DNA from: Eledone cirrhosa
Lineage: Eukaryota
Reading direction: 5' to 3'
DNA length: 64,000 nt
Assembly: GCA_964016885.1 (NCBI GenBank)
Contig: OZ024744.1
Coordinates: 80,042,001-80,106,000 of the forward strand
Under the pieces are notes generated by a model, which worked only from the letters and a program-made list of their open reading frames with translations, had not been told where the DNA came from and ran no database searches. Positions 55,201 through 64,000 of this stretch are shown in pieces. How positions within the stretch are numbered: the first letter of the stretch is position 1; each line of letters starts with the position of its first letter. The position numbers and the translations under genes were made by a program.

Positions 55201-58200
55201 CATACACAACAGAATACACACACACACTCCATGGCAGAAACACATACACAACAGAATACACACACACACTCCATGGCAGAACACATACACAACAGAATAC
55301 ACACACACTCTCCATGGCAGAAACACATACACAACAGAATACACACACACTCTCCATGACAGAAACACATACACAACAGAATACACACACACTCTCCATG
55401 ACAGAAACACATACACAACAGAATACACACACACTCTACATGGCAGAAACACATACACAACAGAATACACACACACTCCATGGCAGAAACACATACACAA
55501 CAGAATACACACATACACTCCATGACAGAAACACATACACAACAGAATACACACACACTCTCCATGGCAGAAACACATACACAACAGAATACACACACAC
55601 ACTCCATGGCAGAAACACATACACAACAGAATACACACACACACTCCATGGCAGAAACACATACACAACAGAACACACACACACACTCCATGGCAGAAAC
55701 ACATACACAACAGAATACACACACTCTCCATGGCAGAAACACATACACAACAGAATACACACACACACACTCTCCATGACAGAAACACAAACAACAGAAT
55801 ACACACACACACTCCATGACAGAAACACATACACAACAGAATACACACACACACACCCCATGACAGAAACACGTACACAACAGAATACACACACACACAC
55901 TCCATGGCAGAAACACATACACGACAGAATACACACACACTCCATGACAGAAACACATACACAACAGAATACACACACACTACAAGACAGAAACACATAC
56001 ACAACAGAATACACACACACTACAAGACAGAAACACATACACAACAGAATACACACACACACTCCATGGCAGAAACACATACACAACAGAATACACACAC
56101 ACTACAAGACAGAAACACATACACAACAGAATACACACACACTACAAGACAGAAACACATACACAACAGAATACACACACACACTCCATGCCAGAAACAC
56201 ATACACAACAGAATACACACACACACTCCATGGCAGAAACACATACACAACAGAATACACACACACTCTACATGGCAGAAACACATACACAACAGAATAC
56301 ACACACACACTCCATGGCAGAAACACATACACAACAAAATACACACACACTCTACATGGCAGAAACACATACACAACAGAATACACACACACACTCCATG
56401 GCAGAAACACATACACAACAAAATACACACACACTCTACATGGCAGAAACACATACACAACAGAATACACACACACACTCCATGACAGAAACACATACAC
56501 AACAGAATACACACACACACTCCATGGCAGAAACACATACACAACAGAATACACACACACACTCCATGGCAGAAACACATACACAACAGAATACACACAC
56601 ACACACTCCATGGCAGAAACACATACACAACAGAATACACACACACACTCCATGGCAGAAACACATACACAACAGAACACACACACACACTCCATGACAG
56701 AAACACATACACAACAGAATACACACACACACACACACACTCTCCATGGCAGAAACACATACACAACAGAATACACACACTCTCCATGGCAGAAACACAT
56801 ACACAACAGAATAAACACACACACTCTACATGGCAGAAACACATACACAACAGAATAAACACACACACTCTACATGGCAGAAACACATACACAACAGAAT
56901 ACACACACTCTCCATGGCAAAAACACATACACAACAGAATAAACACACACACTCTACATGGCAGAAACACATACACAACAGAATAAACACACACACTCTC
57001 CATGACAGAAACACATACACAACAGAATAAACACACACACTCTCCATGGCAGAAACACATACACAACAGAATAAACACACACACTCTACATGGCAGAAAC
57101 ACATACACAACAGAATACACACACACACTCCATGGCAGAAACACATACACAACAGAACACACACACACACTCCATGACAGAAACACATACACAACAGAAT
57201 ACACACACACACACACACACTCTCCATGGCAGAAACACATACACAACAGAATACACACACTCTCCATGGCAGAAACACATACACAACAGAATAAACACAC
57301 ACACTCTACATGGCAGAAACACATACACAACAGAATACACACACACTCCATGGCAGAAACACATACAAAACAGAATAAACACACACTCTCCATGGCAGAA
57401 ACACATACACAACAGAATACACACACACACTCCATGGAAGAAACACATACACAACAGAATACACACACACTCTCCATGACAGAAACACATACACAACAGA
57501 ATACACACACACTCCATGACAGAAACACATACACAACAGAATACACACACACTCTACATGGCAGAAACACATACACAACAGAATACACACACACACTCCA
57601 TGACAGAAACACATACACAACAGAATACACACACACACTCCATGACAGAAACACATACAGAACAGAATACACACACACACACACTCCATGACAGAAACAC
57701 TTACACAACAGAATACACACACACACACTCTCCATGGCAGAAACACATACACAACAGAATACACACACACTCTCCATGGTAGAAACACATACACAACAGA
57801 ATACACACACACACACTCCATGACAGAAACACATACACAACAGAATACACACACACTCCATGGCAGAAACACATACACAACAGAATAGACACACACACTC
57901 CATGGCAGAAACACACACAACAGAATACACACACACACTCCATGGCAGAAACACATACACAACAGAACACACACACACACACTCCACACCATGGCAGAAA
58001 CACATACACAACAGAATACACACACACACTCCATGTCAGAAACACATACAAAACAGAATACACACACACACTCCATGGCAGAAACACATACACAACAGAA
58101 CACACACACACACTCCACACCATGGCAGAAACACCTACACAACAGAATACACACACACACTCCATGGCAGAAACACATACACAACAGAATACACACACAC

Positions 58201-61200
58201 ACTCCATGGCAGAAACACATACACAACAGAATACACACACACACTCCATGGCAGAAACACATACACAACAGAATACACACACACACTCCATGGCAGAAAC
58301 ACATACACAACAAAATACACACACACTCTCCATGACAGAAACACATACAAAACAGAATACACACACACTCTCCATGACAGAAACACGTACACAACAGAAT
58401 ACACACACTCTACATGGCAGAAACACATACACAACAGAATACACACACACTCCATGGCAGAAACACATACACAACAGAATACACACATACACTTCATGAC
58501 AGAAACACATACACAACAGAATACACACACACTCCATGGCAGAAACACATACACAACAGAATACACACACACTCTCCATGGCAGAAACACATACACAACA
58601 GAATACACACACACTCTCCATGGCAGAAACACATACACAACAGAATACACACACACACTCCATGGCAGAAACACATACACAACAGAATACACACACACAC
58701 TCCATGGCAGAAACACATACACAACAGAATACACACACACACTCACCATGACAGAAACACAAACAACAGATTACACACACACACTCCATGACAGAAACAC
58801 ATACACAACAGAATACACACACACACACACCCCATGACAGAAACACGTACACAACAGAATACACACACACACACTCCATGGCAGAAACACATACACGACA
58901 GAATACACACACACTCCATGACAGAAACACATACACAACAGAATACACACACACACTCCATGGCAGAAACACATACACAACAGAATACACACACACTACA
59001 AGACAAACACATACACAACAGAATACACGCACACACTCCATGGCAGAAACACATACACAACAGAACACACACACACACTCCATGACAGAAACACATACAC
59101 AACAGAATGCACACACACACACACACACACTCTCCATGGCAGAAACACATACACAACAGAATACACACACACACTCCATGGAAGAAACATATACACAACA
59201 GAATACACACACACTCTCCATGACAGAAACACATACACAACAGAATACACACACACTCTCCATGGCAGAAACACATACACAACAGAATACACACATACAC
59301 TCCATGACAGAAACACATACACAACAGAATACACACACACACTCCATGGCAGAAACACATACACAACAGAATACACACACACTCCATGGCAGAAACACAT
59401 ACACAACAGAATACACACACACACTCCATGGCAGAAACACATACACAACAGAATACACACACACACACTCCATGACAGAAACACATACACAACAGAATAC
59501 ACACACACACTCCATGGCAGAAACACGTACACAACAGAATACACACACACACTCCATGACAGAAACACATACACAACAGAATACACACACACTCTCCATG
59601 GCAGAAACACATACACAACAGAATACACACACACTCTCCATGACAGAAACACATACACAACAGAATACACACACACACTCCATAACAGAAACACATACAC
59701 AACAGAATACACACACACACACTCCATGACAGAAACACATACACAACAGAATTCACACACACACTCCATGACAGAAACACATACACAACAGAATACACAC
59801 ACTCCATGACAGAAACACATACACAACAGAAACACATACACAACAGAATACACACACACACACTCTCCATGGCAGAAACACATACACAACAGAATACACA
59901 CACACTCTCCATGGTAGAAACACATACACAACAGAATACACACACACTCTACATGGCAGAAACATATACACAACAGAATACACACACACACTCCATGGCA
60001 GAAACACATACACAACAGAATACACACACACACTCCATGGCAGAAACACATACACAACAGAATAAACACACACTCTCCATGGCAGAAACACATACACAAC
60101 AGAATACACACACACACTCCATGGCAGAAACACATACAAAACAGAATACACACACACTCCATGGCAGAAACACATACACAACAGAATACACACACACTCC
60201 ATGGCAGAAACACATACACAACAGAATACACACACACACACACACTCCATCGCAGAAACACATACACAACAGAATACACACACACACTCCATGGCAGAAA
60301 CACACACACACACCATGGCAGAAACACATACACAACAGAATACACACACACACTCCATGGCAGAAACACATACACAACAGAATACACACACACACTCCAT
60401 GGCAGAAACACATACACAACAGAATACACACACACTCTCCATGGCAGAAACACATACACAGCAGAATACACACACACTCTCCATGACAGAAACACATACA
60501 CAACAGAATACACACACACTCTCCATGACAGAAACACATACACAACAGAATACACACACTCTACATGGCAGAAACACATACACAACAGAATACACACACA
60601 CTCCATGGCAGAAACACATACACAACAGAATACACACACACACTCCATGGAAGAAACATATACACAACAGAATACACACACACTCTCCATGGCAGAAACA
60701 CATACACAACAGAATACACACACACACTCCATGACAGAAACACATACACAACAGAATACACACACACACTCCATGACAGAAACACATACACAACAGAATA
60801 CACACACACTCTCCATGGTAGAAACACATACACAACAGAATACACACACACACTCCATTGCAGAAATACATACACAACAGAATACACACACACACACTCC
60901 ATGGCAGAAACACATACACAACAGAATAGACACACACACTCCATGGCAGAAACACATACACAACAGAATACACACACACACTCCATGGCAGAAACACATA
61001 CACAACAGAATACACACACACTCTCCATGGTAGAAACACATACACAACAGAATACACACACACACTCCATTGCAGAAACACATACACAACAGAATACACA
61101 CACACACACTCCATGGCAGAAACACATACACAACAGAATACACACACACACTCCATGGCAGAAACACATACACAACAGAATACACACACACACACACTCC

Positions 61201-64000
61201 ATGGCAGAAACACATACACAACAGAATACACACACACACTCCATGGCAGAAACACATACACAACAGAACACACACACACACTCCACACCATGGCAGAAAC
61301 ACATACACAACAGAATACACACACACACTCCATGGCAGAAACACATACACAACAGAATACACACACACACTCCATGGCAGAAACACATACACAACAGAAT
61401 ACACACACACACTCTACATGACAGAAACAAACATACACAACAAAATACACACACACACTCCATGGGAGAAACAAACATACACAACAGAATACACACACAC
61501 ACTCCATGGCAGAAACACATACACAACAGAATACACACACACACACACACACTACATGACAGAAACACATACACAACAGAATACACACACACACTACATG
61601 ACAGAAACACATACACAACAGAATACACACACACACTCCATGGCAGAAACAAACATACACAACAGAATACACACACACACTCCATGATGACAGAAACAAA
61701 CATACACAACAGAATACACACACACTCCATGGCAGAAACACATACACAACAGAATACACACACACTCTCCATGGCAGAAACAAACATACACAACAGAATA
61801 CACACACACACACACTCCATGGCAGAAACAAACATACACAACAGAATACACACACACACACTCCATGGCAGAAACAAATATACACAACAGAATACACACA
61901 CACACACACACACACTCCATGGCAGAAACACATACACAACAGAATACACACACACTCCATGGCAGAAACACATACACAACAGAATACACACACACACTCC
62001 ATGGCAGAAACACATACACAACTGAATACACACACACACTCCATGACAGAAACACATACACAACAGAATACACACACACACTCCATGACAGAAACACATA
62101 CACAACAGAATACACACACACACTCCATGGCAGAAACACATACACAACAGAATACACACACACACACTCCATGGCAGAAACACATACACAACAGAATACA
62201 CACACACACTCCATGACAGAAACACATACACAACAGAATACACACACACACTCCATGGCAGAAACACATACACAACAGAATACACACACAAACTCCATGA
62301 CAGAAACACACACAACAGAATACACACACACACACTCCATGGCAGAGACACATACACAACAGAATACACACACAAACTCCATGACAGAAACACATACACA
62401 ACAGAATACACACACACACACTCCATGGCAGAAACACATACACAACAGAATACACACACACTCCATGGTAGAAACACATACACAACAGAATACACACACA
62501 CACTCCATGTGAGAAACAAACATACACAACAGAATACACACACACACTCCATGGCAGAAACACATACACAACAGAATACACACACACACTCCATGTGAGA
62601 AACAAACATACACAACAGAATACACACACACACTCTCCATGGCAGAAACGCATACACAACAGAATACACAAACACACTCCATGTGAGAAACAAACATACA
62701 CAACAGAATACACACACACACTCCATGGTAGAAACACATACACAACAGAATACACAAACACACTCCATGTGAGAAACAAACATACACAACAGAATACACA
62801 CACACACTCCATGGCAGAAACACATACACAACAGAATACACACACACTCTCCATGGCAGAAACACATACACAACAGAATACACACACACACTCCATGGCA
62901 GAAACACATACACAACAGAATACACACACACACTCCATGGCAGAAACACATACACAACAGAATACACACACACACTCCATGACAGAAACAAACATACAAA
63001 ACAGAATACACAAACACACTCCATGGCAGAAACACATACACAACAGAATAGACACACACACTCCATGGCAGAAACACACACAACAGAATACACACACACA
63101 CTCCATGGCAGAAACACATACACAACAGAACACACACACACACACTCCACACCATGGCAGAAACACATACACAACAGAATACACACACACACTCCATGTC
63201 AGAAACACATACAAAACAGAATACACACACACACTCCATGGCAGAAACACATACACAACAGAACACACACACACACTCCACACCATGGCAGAAACACCTA
63301 CACAACAGAATACACACACACACTCCATGGCAGAAACACATACACAACAGAATACACACACACACTCCATGGCAGAAACACATACACAACAGAATACACA
63401 CACACACTCCATGGCAGAAACACATACACAACAGAATACACACACACACTCCATGGCAGAAACACATACACAACAAAATACACACACACTCTCCATGACA
63501 GAAACACATACAAAACAGAATACACACACACTCTCCATGACAGAAACACGTACACAACAGAATACACACACTCTACATGGCAGAAACACATACACAACAG
63601 AATACACACACACTCCATGGCAGAAACACATACACAACAGAATACACACATACACTTCATGACAGAAACACATACACAACAGAATACACACACACTCCAT
63701 GGCAGAAACACATACACAACAGAATACACACACACTCTCCATGGCAGAAACACATACACAACAGAATACACACACACTCTCCATGGCAGAAACACATACA
63801 CAACAGAATACACACACACACTCCATGGCAGAAACACATACACAACAGAATACACACACACACTCCATGGCAGAAACACATACACAACAGAATACACACA
63901 CACACTCACCATGACAGAAACACAAACAACAGATTACACACACACACTCCATGACAGAAACACATACACAACAGAATACACACACACACACACCCCATGA
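46300..64000. repeat. ~42-bp satellite (ctccatggcagaaacacatacacaacagaata(ca)n), >17.7 kb, continuing past the window end
   Basis: Read directly; unit length varies in 2-nt steps through the CA tract. Confidence 0.98.

Noticed and set aside
46213-64000. Very long Cys/Val-rich and His/Thr-rich ORFs (up to 1412 aa)
   Set aside because: They are translations of a stop-poor CA-rich satellite, open in most frames on both strands, with constant 2-nt slippage.
40025-64000. CRISPR-like leader + repeat arrangement
   Set aside because: There are no unique spacers (only CA-length variation) and no cas genes, and the context is eukaryotic.
46300-64000. RFX X-box array (ctccatggcaga)
   Set aside because: It lacks the GTT...AAC ends of the X-box consensus; only the CCATGG core matches.

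Overview
Eukaryotic, AT-rich, repeat-dense genomic DNA. The SINE families and microsatellite load look like an Octopus/coleoid cephalopod genome (inferred, not proven). One host-gene segment is well supported: a 2554-nt minus-strand exon (21108->18555) encoding an SxIP motif, a CAP-Gly domain with a non-canonical GSHNG loop and a long Q/P/Y-rich region, i.e. a CLIP/restin-like microtubule plus-end protein. The rest is intron or intergenic DNA. It holds tRNA-derived SINEs, TTAA- and TA-flanked MITEs, decayed non-LTR retrotransposons (CR1-, CRE-, R4/Dong-, RTE- and Ingi/Vingi-like), and four tandem arrays: a 25-mer (~3.85 kb), a ~30-mer with a 163-bp higher-order unit, a 32-mer, and a ~42-mer (>17.7 kb, running off the window end). 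Nearly all long ORFs in the track are artefacts of these arrays. Best leads: (1) a fold-back repeat family with a type I hammerhead-ribozyme core (26726-26778); (2) inverted LINE copies bracketing the big exon (possible circRNA/ADAR substrate); (3) two satellites sharing a 36-nt leader; (4) several perfect or near-perfect palindromes. Repeat boundaries were read by eye and are approximate.
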